A stretch of DNA of 62,417 nucleotides, filler included, from Pirum gemmata (GCA_002812295.1; 8 parts of 8 records of this genome joined end to end with filler, not necessarily neighbours in it), one strand, 5' to 3'; numbered from the whole stretch's first letter, positions 1 through 11,830 are shown. Notes: generated from the letters alone by a model not told the origin. Numbers and translations are program-made.

Positions 1-82
1 TTATTATTATTATTCTGCTGCGCGCAATGTGAAGCTGCGCACATTCTAGTTCTATTACTATTATTTTTCAGTAATCTTCACT

Positions 83-522
83 TTAGGTTTAGTTAGGATT
101 AGGGTAGGGTTAGAATTAGTGTTAAAGTTAGGGTTAGCGGTAGAGTTAAGGTTAATTAGGATACAATGTGAGATCAGTGCGAAAAATAATAAATCAACAA
201 CAAGCATTTTAATATTAATATTGTTTTTATTTTTATTTTATTTTAAAAAGCGCGTAAGCAAAATAACAATAACAAAATTTAATATAAACAACAAATTTTA
301 AAAAACAACAACAAACAAACTTTAAAATCAACAAAAAACCCCAAATCATAATTATTAATAGTTAGGGTTTTTATTAACAAAACAAGAATAATAAATATAA
401 ACAACAAATTTTAAATTTTGAAATCAATGCAAATAAATAAATATCAATCAAAAAACCCCAAAACATAACAGTTAAGGTAGGTTTTAACTAGGGTAGGGTT
501 ATAAAATTAGGGTTAGGTTAGA
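83..522 (+). repeat. Degenerate TTAGGG-like tracts (83-153, 469-522) with duplicated AT-rich units between
   Basis: ttaggtttagttaggattagggtagggttag and ctagggtagggtta...ttagggttaggtta; aatataaacaacaaatttta occurs twice. Confidence 0.5.
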
Positions 523-552
523 ATTCTTAATTATTATTATATTTGTGCTTAT

Positions 553-729
553 TGTTAAATTATAATTTATTAATGAAGTTATTTGCATAATTATGTTCAA
601 AGTGTAGTTTTTGTATTTTTGTTTTTGAAATATTATTATTGTGCAATTTTTATTTTACTTTAATGATATTAAAACAACGAAAATAATGCACTTTGGAGTG
701 TTATCATTTGTTTTAGTGTTAATTGCCCA
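553..729 (+). repeat. ~175-bp direct repeat, copy 1 (partner 2268-2441)
   Basis: ttaaattataatttattaa...aaaacaacgaaaataatgcactttggagtgttatcatttgttttagtgttaattg shared with few differences. Confidence 0.9.
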
Positions 730-1225
730 TAAATTTTATTCTCATAAAATCCAATTTTTGTCCATAATAATTATTCATCAAAATTCACTATCCATAAAAT
801 CATGTTTCATAAACAGTAATTTTTACACTTTTCCTTACACTTATTTTTGTGATCATTCATCATTACGAATTCACATATTGTCAGATTAAGAGTCCAATTG
901 TTCTTACTCTTTTTATTTTTAATAATGTTATAGTTAGCCTTTTACCTTTATAAAATATTTTTATTTTTAATGTTTTAGTTAGCCTTATACCGTTATAAAT
1001 TTTAAAACTTAAAATATGTGTAAAGTAACATAGTACATTGTTACAACTGTCGAGTGATGTAGTGTTAGTAGAACTACCTTTTTGAATATATGAGTCTCTC
1101 TGTATGTTGATACACTATCAGAGATTTATAACAAAATTCAATTTTGATACTACGCTTTTGCTGAACTGTATGTGTCTTTATTTATTTTTACAATCTGTAT
1201 CAAGATAGTCTGTCTGTTGGTCTTT

Positions 1226-2187
1226 TTATTTTATACTTAAGTTCCAACTACTTTCTATGTTTTTCTTGTTACTTTTGTCACCTAAGCTTTGGTACTGAAG
1301 ATGTTGCCTACAGAGCCGTCTGTTTTTACTTAAACAAAAGTCTGCGTTTTTTAGGGAATGCCATAACCACTTATGTTTTTGACACAGTACATAATATGTA
1401 TAGAACGTGCAACTGGTGTACGCAGCAGCAGAGTTTGGTACACTCATGTTTGCTGCACCATCAGCCACCATCAGCCACTGTTCTACATAATATGTATAGA
1501 ACGTGCAACTGGTGAGGATACCGTGCAGCTTCTGCCTACCGCACAATCAGCCCTTGTATTGTATTGCATTGGTGTGTTTGGAGTAGCAGAATATAGTACA
1601 TTTCTGCTTATGCGCTCATCAATACTCACCGGAACTGCTTATGACGCAGCAACAGGTACACTCCCCTGTGCTGGCTTATCCAGGGCTTATCAGTATCTTG
1701 GTTTATTTAAAAAAATATGTATATGCTTTACGTAATGTATATATAGCTAGTTTTTTTTTTACATTACGTAAAGCATATACATATTCCCTTTCATACACGT
1801 GACTGGTGTGGCGTGGAGGCAAAGCAATGTACAGCTCTGTTTACAACGCCAAATCACTCCTTGTTGTATGTATGCCTGTGTTTGTTAGCTTGTTAATCCT
1901 GCTATTATATTTGAGTAAATTATGTTGTACTAGGATTTTAATAAAAATCTTGTACGTGCTGCATGATACTGCTGTAGTTGCGAAGAACCCAGTCGCAACT
2001 AGGAGTGGTAACTCACTAGCCTTGGCGTTTACTAACTGTATTGGGTACTCTTAGGATGTATTTGTTTTCAAGGGTCTCTCTACTTCTATCTTTATTGTTT
2101 TAACATTAACGTTATCATTTACACAATGACTGTTTCCGCTTCAATCAACTGATCGTTTCTTTTTCTTGGGTGAAAGCTTGAAGCCAT
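1226..2187 (-). pseudogene. Decayed hAT-superfamily transposase (catalytic core, possible N-terminal finger remnant)
   Basis: Minus-strand VADGAANM, then C at +17 aa (CTFY, a decayed CxxH), then ESSWN at +55 aa. Hermes spacing D248-C265-W319 is 17 and 54 aa. Weak D..W.S....YL motif at ~1691-1650. Stops, frameshifts, a 31-bp duplication (1388-1418/1484-1514) and a hairpin disrupt it. Confidence 0.6.
1714..1785. repeat. Perfect 26-bp inverted repeat with 20-nt loop
   Basis: aatatgtatatgctttacgtaatgta (1714-1739) / tacattacgtaaagcatatacatatt (1760-1785). Confidence 0.95.
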
Positions 2188-2267
2188 ATTTTTGGTTGCC
2201 TGTGATAGTCTCTCTGCAATTAATCAGTCTAAGGGTGTGTTGAACTAATCATTTATGAATTAAGGGA

Positions 2268-2441
2268 TGTCTTAAATTATAATTTATTAATAAAGTTATT
2301 TGCGTATGTTCAAAGTGTAGTCTTTGTATTTTTGTTTTTGAAATATTTTTGTTGTGCAATTTTTATTTTACACTAATGATATTAAAACAACGAAAATAAT
2401 GCACTTTGGAGTGTTATCATTTGTTTTAGTGTTAATTGTCC
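2268..2441 (+). repeat. ~175-bp direct repeat, copy 2
   Basis: Matches 553-729. Confidence 0.9.
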
Positions 2442-2640
2442 CGATGTTGGAACTAATTTACAATACAGTTTTAATACCCGACACTACACATTTATTAAGA
2501 TAACCTATAATTTAACACTTATTGTCTTTAAAAAAAAGTAAAATTTAATAACCATATAACCATAAGTGTATAATATATAAGAAGATAATGATAGTGAGAA
2601 TTATTCTTTTATTAAATATTTATTGTTATTATTATTTTTA

Positions 2641-3207
2641 TTATTGTGTTGTAATTAAAAGATCTCCCAAAAAATTATCGTTAAGATTATAAGTACTAAT
2701 ATTGTTATTGCAATTGAAATTCATATTTAAAAAGTCCATATTAATTTCTTGTGGCATCATAGTAGTAGTGTTGATGAGAGAGCTATGTATCTGATTATTC
2801 AAATTTAAACTTTTTACTTCATTAGCTAAAAAATTACTTGTATTAAAACCAAAGTTAAAATTCAAAGAATTATCAAAGTTGAAGTTTGATATTACTGCAT
2901 CATTAGTTGCATCATTAGTTATAGTTAGGTCATTTTTGTAGGTTATTGGTTCCGATACAGCTCTCTTGCTCATTATCGTTAATTCATTTTTGTAGGTTAT
3001 TGGTTCTGATACTGCTCTCTTTCTCATTAAAATAGGTTTAGGTTTAGCTCCTTTCATCGAATTTTTTAAAATTTGTTTTTCATGCTGGAAACAGTATTTG
3101 TTGAAGACTTGTTTTTGGCATCGATTTCCACTTTTTGTATTTCCTAAGCACTGTTTACGTACTGCGCATTGGAAATCAAGTTTCATGTCTACTATTGTGA
3201 AGCCCAT
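2641..3207 (-). CDS. Intronless 188-aa protein: N-terminal CCCH finger, two KRAVSEP motifs, N/F/L-rich tail
   Basis: ATG to TAA; QCLGNTKSGNRCQKQVFNKYCFQH; paralogue at 6892-7299 conserves the motif; internal 54-bp (18-aa) tandem duplication. Confidence 0.8.
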   Translation of the reverse strand: MGFTIVDMKLDFQCAVRKQCLGNTKSGNRCQKQVFNKYCFQHEKQILKNSMKGAKPKPILMRKRAVSEPITYKNELTIMSKRAVSEPITYKNDLTITNDATNDAVISNFNFDNSLNFNFGFNTSNFLANEVKSLNLNNQIHSSLINTTTMMPQEINMDFLNMNFNCNNNISTYNLNDNFLGDLLITTQ

Positions 3208-4526
3208 TTTTCTGTGTTTTAGAATTAATATTAATGTGTTGATGTTATTATTGTTATTTTTAATTTGGTGTATTGTTTTTTTTTTCGTTTTTGTTTTTAT
3301 TTTTATTTTTTGTTTTGTTAGAAATTTCTCTTGTATTTATATAAAATTGTAATAGAAAATTTTGAATTATTTATTTATATTATAATAATAATAACCATAT
3401 TTTTTTTTTACCTTTTTTTTTTTAAATTTTTGGAGTGTTGAAATCGAATCTAATAGTAAGTGACGTACACATTCACTTTCTTTGTTTAAAAAAAAAATGA
3501 ATTATCTTGAATTATCATCCTAAGAGGGTATAATATATATATATTTAAAAAGCTTGAAAAACAAAAAAAGCGAAATTTCGATCGAAATATTTTAATACTT
3601 AATTTTCTATTTTTAGTAATTTTTTTTGGGAATCAGGGGAATCGACGAATAACAACTGGTCCAAAGATACAAATTATTATTTTACTGTTTTGTAAACATA
3701 CTATTATTATCTTCTGTTATTACAAAGGTGCTGGCCCTCAGGTGTCTTTCTTTGACTATCTATCATATCATAATATTATCAAAAAAAAAAAAAAAAATCG
3801 AGATCATTCACATAGTTGAGCGTTCTAGACAAGGGCGATGTTAAAGAAAATAGCTTGAAAAACACAACTAGAACCCTAAGAAAAAGATTGAATTTTTTTT
3901 TTTAAATTTCGAGCCTACATTAGTATGCAAAGTATTGTTTATTTTTTAATTTTTTGAAGACCAATTATATTCCTATTTGATAATATACTCAGACATTGAC
4001 GAATAAAACGTTCGTAAATATGAGTCATATACAAATATGTAATACAAATATACCAATGATCATATAAGCATTCGCGATTATGAAAACCAATCATATTCAT
4101 CCCAAAAATACTACTCCAACACTGACAAATAATAAGCTCGTAAAAATTGGATTTTTTTTTTCATTCATCTGAATGACGTCAGAAAATAATAATAATCATT
4201 CAGTTTCATAAACTGCTTCTTTATAAAAATAGAATCAGTTTATAAATATTATATTATACAAATATTACTGTATAAATCTTTTTTTTTTAAAAAAACTCAA
4301 TTGTAACATATAATATGTAACTTTCAAAACACCATGTATTTCCGATGGTGTAATAAAATTAAATGAAATGTTATAATATTAAACTTTCTATACATTTATG
4401 ACGTTAATGCAAACATATATTGTTAAGTTGTTTTGAAAAGCAAACTCAAGTATACAATTCCATGTACAAACATTATATTATTTATTATTTATTATTTATT
4501 ATTTATTATTTATTATTTATTATTTA

Positions 4527-4751
4527 TTATTTATTATTCATCATTGTTTGCATTATTGGAAACATTAAATTGTCACAAGTAAACTTTTGTAATTCTTGCA
4601 TTCCTTCTAATCGAACCAATTTGTTAGTTTCACCATCAACATATTCAGGAATCTTGGGATTTTCACTCACTATTAAGAAGTATCTGCTTATATATTCACC
4701 TAAAACGTCATTTTCTAAATCATACAGTAATATATATTTGATTACACACAC
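4527..4751 (-). other. Possible exon or gene relic (74 aa)
   Basis: Protein-like stretch ILLYDLENDVLGEYISRYFLIVSENPKIPEYVDGETNKLVRLEGMQELQKF in AT-rich DNA; non-ATG start, no family recognised. Confidence 0.3.
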
Positions 4752-5236
4752 ACATATATATATATATAATATACAGTAATAATACTCAACACTTTATACT
4801 ATATACTGTTAATTAATAAATTGTGAAGTTTGGAATTATGCAGTCTTCAAAACCATTTTTAAAATCATAATATTAATTGGATATATTATATTGTTTAAAA
4901 ATATATTTACCATCATACTATAACATAACATTTTTCTATATAGTAATTATAATTATAAAATTTGTATAATATGTAATGTTGTTAAGTTGTTTTTTAAAAA
5001 AAAGTAAAAGCTCAAGTATGTTTAATTTATATAAAACAAGTTTGGAATTCCACAGTCCTCAAAACTGTAAACGTAATTATTAATATCAAAATATTGATAT
5101 GTTATGCAGGTGCTGTTATGTTCTGGATGTTATGTTGTTTTAACAGCGCACGCTGATTTTGCAGAGTTTGAAAATGTGCTGAACTTTTTCCATCTCTATT
5201 TTTTTCTTTGAAATTAATTTTTCTGTGTGATAGTGG

Positions 5237-5400
5237 GGCACCCAAAGTACATATTTTCTTACATTCAAAATGATCCAATTTTAATAAAAGTACTACCAAA
5301 TTTTGAGAAATTCTTTAACTAAGGAAACTATATTATGAACCAATTCCTAGTTTTTAAAAATATTTTGGCTTGTTAGCGTTTAGAAAAGAAGTTTAATTTT
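5237..5400 (+). mobile_element. MITE family E, partial copy
   Basis: tcaaaatgatccaattttaataaaagtactaccaaattttgagaaat...tagaaaagaagttt shared with 38186, 56838, 60192. Confidence 0.75.
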
Positions 5401-5469
5401 TTTTTTTGTAAACTTTTGTTTTTCTAAAGGAACCAATTTTGAATGGAACCGTTTTTAGTATTGATTGGT

Positions 5470-5609
5470 CTACCAGAGGTATACTTATTATGATATGCTA
5501 TATTTCTAAAAAAAAAAAAATATGACTAGTATGATAGACCTACCAGAGGTACACTTATTATGATATGCTATATTAAATTTTCTAAAAAAAAAAAAATATG
5601 ACTAGTATA
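5470..5609 (+). repeat. Tandem duplication of ~70 bp
   Basis: ctaccagaggta(t/c)acttattatgatatgctatat...aaaaatatgactagtat x2. Confidence 0.9.
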
Positions 5610-6224
5610 TAATAATAGGCAGTATTTTTTGGAATGAATAGAAGTTTGTAAATACTAGTTTACAATATTTGAAAAATATCTAAATGATGATAGAAAAGGA
5701 AGGCCAGGGAAATTTAATACAGTGACCGGTAGAATAGGGCGTGAAAGTTAATTGTGTTTTTTCTTTATTTTTTAGTTTTTATTTTATTTTTGGTGTTTGT
5801 ATTTTATAATATAATGTATTTTGTAGATTTTGAGTGATAAGGATAAGCAATCAATATTTTTTTGCATGTTGGTAAAGAAAAAAGAAGTCAACGAGATTAT
5901 ACACATGGAATTTTTAATAGTATATGCATGTTCATATATAATTATCTTTAATTATTAATTATAATATAATTTATAAGTTTAATTATATATTCTAAAACTA
6001 ACTACTAACTCTAACAAATCCATGGTCATTTATTTCCAAAACACAAAAATAAACACATAGGTCCCTTTATAATAAATTAAATGATCTTATTAACATTAAC
6101 GATAACAAATTAAAGTAAGATGGGCAGACGGAGCAACAATTTGGGAGAAAAAAATGGGCGTTCAGTGATGCAAACTTGGTCACGAAATATCTCACCAAAT
6201 TCAACAAAAATATTAAGGTTTTTC

Positions 6225-6255
<31 letters not shown>

Positions 6256-6474
6256 TTAAAATCAAATTTTATTTTTCAAAATTAAAGTTTTTTTATTTTG
6301 AATTATTTTTAATTTTTTAATTATTTTTTAATAAAAAAACCAATATTTTATTTTTGATATTTTTATTTTTAGTTTTAATTGAATGTATTTTTTTTTTTTA
6401 ATTTATAATTATAAAATTATTTTGTATACAATTTTAAAAAATAAATTTTATATTTTTAGTTTTAATTGAATGAA

Positions 6475-6922
6475 TTAAGTTTTTTTTAATTTTAATTATA
6501 TATTACAAAATATACTTTTTATACAATTTTAATAAAATTAATTTAATAATCGTTTAAATATATACATTATGTTTTTTAATTAATTTTGATACTTTTATTT
6601 CATTTTTAGTTGTAATATATTAATAGAATGAATTATTATACGTTTTTTAATTATAACTATTTTAAAATTTTAATTTTGGACAATTTTAATAAATACTTGT
6701 AAGTTCTTTCATATTAAGTTTTTTTTAATTATAATTATATATTACAAAATATAATTTTTATACAATTTTAATAAAATTAATTTAACAATCCTTTAATTAT
6801 ATATATTATGTTTTTTAATTTTGATATTATATGTTTTTTAATTATAAATATTTTAAAATTTTAACGTTTATTTTTTATATTTTGGACAATTTTAATAAAT
6901 ACTTGTAAGTTCTTTCATATTA
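6475..6922 (+). repeat. Imperfect ~210-240 bp tandem duplication including the 3' end of the 6892-7299 gene
   Basis: tttggacaattttaataaatacttgtaagttctttcatatta at ~6676 and ~6881; upstream AT-rich units also paired. Confidence 0.75.
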
Positions 6923-7299
6923 TTGTTAGAAAAAAGATTTTCAAAAAACACACAATCAGAAATATCTATGTCAATATTAAAATTAAGATCAGGGAAAGTT
7001 GAAATTTTTAAATCGTCACAACTAAAATTCAAATTGCTCGAACCAATACTTTGATTATTTAGACTTGTTAATTCATTTGTGTAGGTTACTGGTTCCGATA
7101 TTGCTCTCTTCCTCATTAGTATGGATTTATGTTTATTATTCTTCTTGATAGGTTTGTTCACACTTTGTTTTTCGTGTTGAAAACAATAAGAGTAACAAAC
7201 CATTTTATTGCATTGCTTTCCACTTTTTGTACGACCTTGGCATTGTTCACGGGCTCCGTATTGGAATTCGTGTTTCATATCCAATATTGTGAAAGCCAT
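6892..7299 (-). CDS. Intronless 135-aa paralogue of 2641-3207 (CCCH finger plus RKRAISEP)
   Basis: MAFTILDMKHEFQYGAREQCQGRTKSGKQCNKMVCYSYCFQHEKQ aligns to the first copy; ILMRKRAISEPVTY conserved. Confidence 0.8.
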   Translation of the reverse strand: MAFTILDMKHEFQYGAREQCQGRTKSGKQCNKMVCYSYCFQHEKQSVNKPIKKNNKHKSILMRKRAISEPVTYTNELTSLNNQSIGSSNLNFSCDDLKISTFPDLNFNIDIDISDCVFFENLFSNNNMKELTSIY

Positions 7300-7358
7300 T
7301 TTTTCTTCTTATTATTATTTTTTGTTTTATTAATTAACTGATTTATTTTTATTATTAT

Positions 7359-7394
<36 letters not shown>

Positions 7395-7452
7395 TTGATG
7401 ATTTTATTTTTTTTTTATCATGATAGACTATCTCCTTTCCTTTTATACCTGN

Positions 7453-7511
<59 letters not shown>

Positions 7512-7533
7512 AGTAAGTTTTTTTTTTTTGTAT

Positions 7534-7680
7534 CAGCCAAGCCAGAAAGATAAAACTGTAAAAATGTTCTGGCCATTGGCTCATAATGTAAAGAGTGTTC
7601 TGTGGTACTTTCATTTTAAAATCGGAGCATTTTGAGATTTTTTTGAATTTTGAGCTATACTATTATGTTGGATGTCGCTA
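7534..7680 (-). mobile_element. MITE family E, degenerate copy
   Basis: cagccaagcc...attttgagattt...ttgagct...ggatgtcgc. Confidence 0.6.
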
Positions 7681-7775
7681 ATAATAATAATAATAATAAT
7701 GAAAGTGTCGTCGGGTAGTTTTTACAAAAAAGTTTGTTTGTTGGTGAATTTATCACCAATAATAATAATAATAAT

Positions 7776-7875
7776 NNNNNNNNNNNNNNNNNNNNNNNNN
7801 NNNNNNNNNNNNNNNNNNNTTAATTAATTAANNNNNNNNNNNNNNNNNNNNNNNNNNNNNNNNNNNNNNNNNNNN
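7776..7875. other. Artificial contig-joining spacer
   Basis: N44-TTAATTAATTAA-N44 (six-frame stop linker), identical 7 times in the window. Confidence 0.97.
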
Positions 7876-7955
7876 CTACCCCTCGACGTTAATTTCTGGT
7901 CAAATACCATCTACCTACCTACCCCTTGACGTGACGTATTTTGAAAAAACTGCTC
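7876..7955 (-). mobile_element. MITE family D (Harbinger/Tourist-like), truncated by contig start
   Basis: ctacctacctaccccttgacgtgacgtatt. Confidence 0.8.
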
Positions 7956-8396
7956 GATCAAAAAAAATAATAATGATATCAGAGAAAAATATCAGTATCA
8001 TATCGAAATTTAAAAAACGCCAATCAATATAGATAGTATATAGATTCTATATGGAAAAAATCGATATTTTTCGTAAACAAGTCGATGTTATATATCGATA
8101 TCAAACACTATGCACTATAGTATGATAGTATAACTATAGTAGAACTACTATGATATAATAATATGATTATGATAATGATAGTAGACTATCATAAGTATCC
8201 ACTCTACCAAGGAGTTCAACTACTACTAGCTAGTGTTCAACTCCTTGTTGACTCTACCCACAACCATTAGAGTCAGTTTTCTCACTACCAGGTAGTTAGC
8301 CAGCTATGATAGCTAGTAGCTAGTCTACTACTACCATGTGGGTATGATACTTGTGGGTATGAATCCTGTATGATACCACAGTTAGTAGTAGTGCTC

Positions 8397-8578
8397 TATA
8401 GTGCTTTTCCGTTGTTCTGTCATCATAAAATATACAATAAAAATTACAATATAATCCACTTCACTTTTAATTCGGTATATTTTATTATCTAATTGTTCAT
8501 TTAAAAATGACAATTTAAAACAGTTATAAACAACCAAATAAATACTCAAGAGTGATAACATAAATGAAAAGCAGGATA
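8397..8578 (+). mobile_element. MITE family A
   Basis: tatagtgcttttc...tgaaaagcaggata; ~185-bp family consensus. Confidence 0.85.
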
Positions 8579-8638
8579 GAACTGCATCATAATTATCATG
8601 ATAATATCCAAGGAGTTCAAGAAAAATTGAACTAGTTT

Positions 8639-8830
8639 TATTGTGCTTTTCATTTATATTGTCACTCAGAATATTTATTTGGTTGGCTATAATATTTAAA
8701 TTGTCATTTTTAAATTGAATAAATAGATAATAAAGTGTAGCAAATTAAATAAAATGGATTTTATTGTATTAATTTGGTATTCTTTATTGTATATTTTATT
8801 ATGATGACAAAACAATTGAAAAGCACGATA
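8639..8830 (-). mobile_element. MITE family A, inverted relative to 8397-8578
   Basis: tattgtgcttttca...tgaaaagcacgata. Confidence 0.9.
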
Positions 8831-8839
8831 GTAGTAAGC

Positions 8840-9620
8840 AATCCTGTCTAGCGTCTTCTTTTAATGATTAGTACCATCAAGAATATATACTCTTGCTATC
8901 ATCGAATTTGAATAACTTAATTTTTCTGTGCTTGGTAGGATCAAATTCATCGTTATTAGTAATAGTATCACTATCATTATTATTATTATAATCATCATCA
9001 TCACTGTCATTAAATAATCAATAGCAGACCAGTTGTCTTCAAAATCTTCTATCCTTGCTTGATATTTTGTAAATTTTGTTAAATGTTTGCATCATTCTCG
9101 GGGTGATCATCGTCATTACCACTAGCTTGGTGCCATCTTTTTAACCTACTAGTATAAGTGGCTAAAGCCTCGTCATCTCTTGAAACAACCGAGAAGTAAC
9201 TTAGTGCATACAACATTCCTACCTCATGTGTACACCTTCCGTCAACTCCATTCTGACATTCACGACATACGTTCATTTTACAGTTGGTTGTTTTCACTAC
9301 AAAACTAGGACCTTCATTATGCCAATGTTTACTAATTTCTCTTCCTGGTTCTTTCCCAGTTTCTACTTTAATGTCTGATGTATAAGTCATTCATACATAA
9401 ACTAGTACTGTTACCAAATCCTTACTGTAAGAACGAGGAAGTTTTACTTAAAACCTATAACCATGGTTTTTCGTTCTATATTATGGTCGTCTTCATTTAC
9501 AACAGCATTGATGGTACAATCCACAACTGTAATCAGGATAATAATCTATGTAACATTCTTTCTTTTCTTTTAATAAAATTGTTGGTGGTAAATAAATTGG
9601 TGTTCGTCTTCAAAATGGTC
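8840..9620 (-). pseudogene. Decayed SWIM-finger ORF, probably transposon-derived (core ORF 9079-9390)
   Basis: CRECQNGVDGRCTHEVGMLYAL followed by TYTSRLKRWHQ resembles the SWIM + (C)TS..q.W pattern of SWIM/YqaJ-type transposon proteins; flanking coding-like sequence is broken by stops. Confidence 0.5.
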
Positions 9621-10259
9621 AAAAATTAAATGGCAAATGATGCAAATCAAAAAAAAAAATCAATAAAAACTCCAAAAAGCCTCTCAGGCACTTCTCAAAC
9701 ACTTCTCAAAACACTTCTCAATTTGTACTCTTTTTTTCCCTTTTTTTCACGGCCACCTTTAGCGTAAAATGGTCTTTCTCGCAATTAGGTCTAGCCAGTA
9801 TCGATGGGCAGTCCAGCTATCGATACTATAAATATCAATAACAACTAATAACACCAGCGGTAACACACTTGTCAGTTGTAACACTTCCTTTCTAATATCA
9901 TAGTTGGAATGTGGAACAAACAGTAGTATAAGAAAATCTCAAAGCAAAAACTTTTAAGGTTAACAACCTCAACAACCTTTTAAATATAAAACAAAATGAA
10001 TGGGAAAAAATAATCGAAAACAGGTGAATCAATACAAAAAGACTACCAAAGTCTACCAAACTTTTTAAAAGGACACATATAAATGTTAAAACTCAAAGAA
10101 CGCCAACCCGACAGTGGACGTCGAAGAAACAACCTTTTCAACCATAATTCAACCTAAAAAATTCTGAACCACCCTCGTTGAACACAGGCAAAATTGCAAA
10201 ACTGGACTAGTAGAATGGCTATCCTACACCAAAAAAATATTAAGTATAAATCACAATAT

Positions 10260-10494
10260 AGACGACAACTCCAACAATACCCATAACAACGACTGTAACG
10301 CTACAATATTAGGAACAAAAGTTAAAAAACCCAATATTTCTACAACAAAAGAACAATACAATTATTGCTAATCATAGATTATATATTATGGTATTATTAT
10401 TAAAAGTACAACAAGCCAAAACTAAACGACAATCAAATTATTAACTTACACTAAAGTATAATGAAACAAATCAACAAATTACAACTGTAACCTA
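10260..10494 (-). mobile_element. Interspersed repeat family F
   Basis: aatatttctacaacaaaagaacaat...acgacaatcaaat...aaacaaatcaacaaattacaactgtaaccta; reverse of copies at 34696, 35264, 45763, 56197. Confidence 0.8.
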
Positions 10495-11063
10495 CTGCTC
10501 CAGATTTTCAAAATAATAATAATAATAATAATAATAAAATAACTAAAAAATAATAATAAAATTTCTTGTTACATAATTGTGATAAAATAAATAAATAAAA
10601 AACCTAGTAGCATAGTATCATAGTATCGTATAGCTCTATCAAAATTCTATCAATAGTCAGTTGTTGTTGTTATTGTTGTTGTTGTTGCTGCTGTCACACT
10701 TGCTATTTTGTTCATTTTACTGTTTCTGATGCTGAAGCTGATGCTCTTAAATACATGCCGCTGACACTCTTGTTGTTGCCATTGCTATTGTTATTGCTAT
10801 TGCTGTTGTCGCTGCTGTTGTTGCTGTTGTTGCTGTTGTTGCTGTTGTTGTTGCTATTGTTGTCATTTTTATAATTTTTGTTGTTATAATTAATATTGTT
10901 ATTTTTGTTCATGATTATTATTGTTGTTATAATTTTTGTTGTTGTTTTAAAATCATTGCTATTCTTTTAATCATTGTACATGTTGTTGTTATAGTTTTGT
11001 TATGATTATTATTGTTGTTGTTGTTACAATTGCTGTATTTTTGTTATATTAATTTTAGAATAT

Positions 11064-11767
11064 TCATAATTGAACATAATCATAATTGAAAGCAACATTC
11101 CTGACATTACAAATAAAACGTTGAAGTATTATTTGATATAAGCTTGTGAGATGATATAATGAGTAATCTTCTATAAAACATTCTATCCCGTCCATATTTT
11201 TATCATGAAGTAGCTGTTTTAGTATATTTAAGTGATTTGGCACTTGATCTTTAATATTACGATCTATTTTCGCTTTTAACTCGTACGCATAGTTAATATT
11301 TTTCATTTCGATGGGTTTTGTAATAATACCATTATTATAAGAGGACAGGGTTTCGGATATGTCCTCATACGAAAGTATGATAATCTCAAAATAATGATGA
11401 ATTAAATCAATATCTAACGTGTTCCAAGCACTAGCTCTAAATTTTATCAGATTTCTTTGTTTTTGTTTTTTCAACTTGGTTATATGAATATCAATAAAAG
11501 CGTAATTGAGTAAAAGTAATTTTCGAAAAGACTCAATTACAATATACCCCCCTGATACATCTATTTCCTTAAGGTAAAGTCTTGGTTCCATCTTTGCCTG
11601 ATCTATGGTTTGTTTAAGAGTATCTAAACTACATTCGAAACGCTTAATGTCCATTTGAAGATTTTGTAGATCGATAAGTTTCTTTGAATAATAGTCCTCA
11701 TCATCATCGCTTATTGAAATACTACAATTATGTTTCTCAACATTCTTTTTATAATCAACACTTACAC

Positions 11768-11770
<3 letters not shown>
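11064..11770 (-). CDS. Orphan ~235-codon ORF or terminal exon; start not resolved
   Basis: Stop-free, complex sequence (SVDYKKNVEK...NYDYVQL*); the ORF-track extension upstream is only (AAT)n and poly-A. Confidence 0.6.

Positions 11771-11830
<60 letters not shown>

Noticed and set aside
3965..4150. Frame readable if TAA=Gln (plus strand) or TGA=Trp (minus strand), suggesting an alternative code or organellar insert
   Set aside because: Real genes here end in TAA and TGA and lack internal stops; too short and no recognisable family, more likely decayed coding or chance
10712..10912. Asn/Ser-rich 66-aa ORF
   Set aside because: Mostly trinucleotide repeat; no splice or homology support
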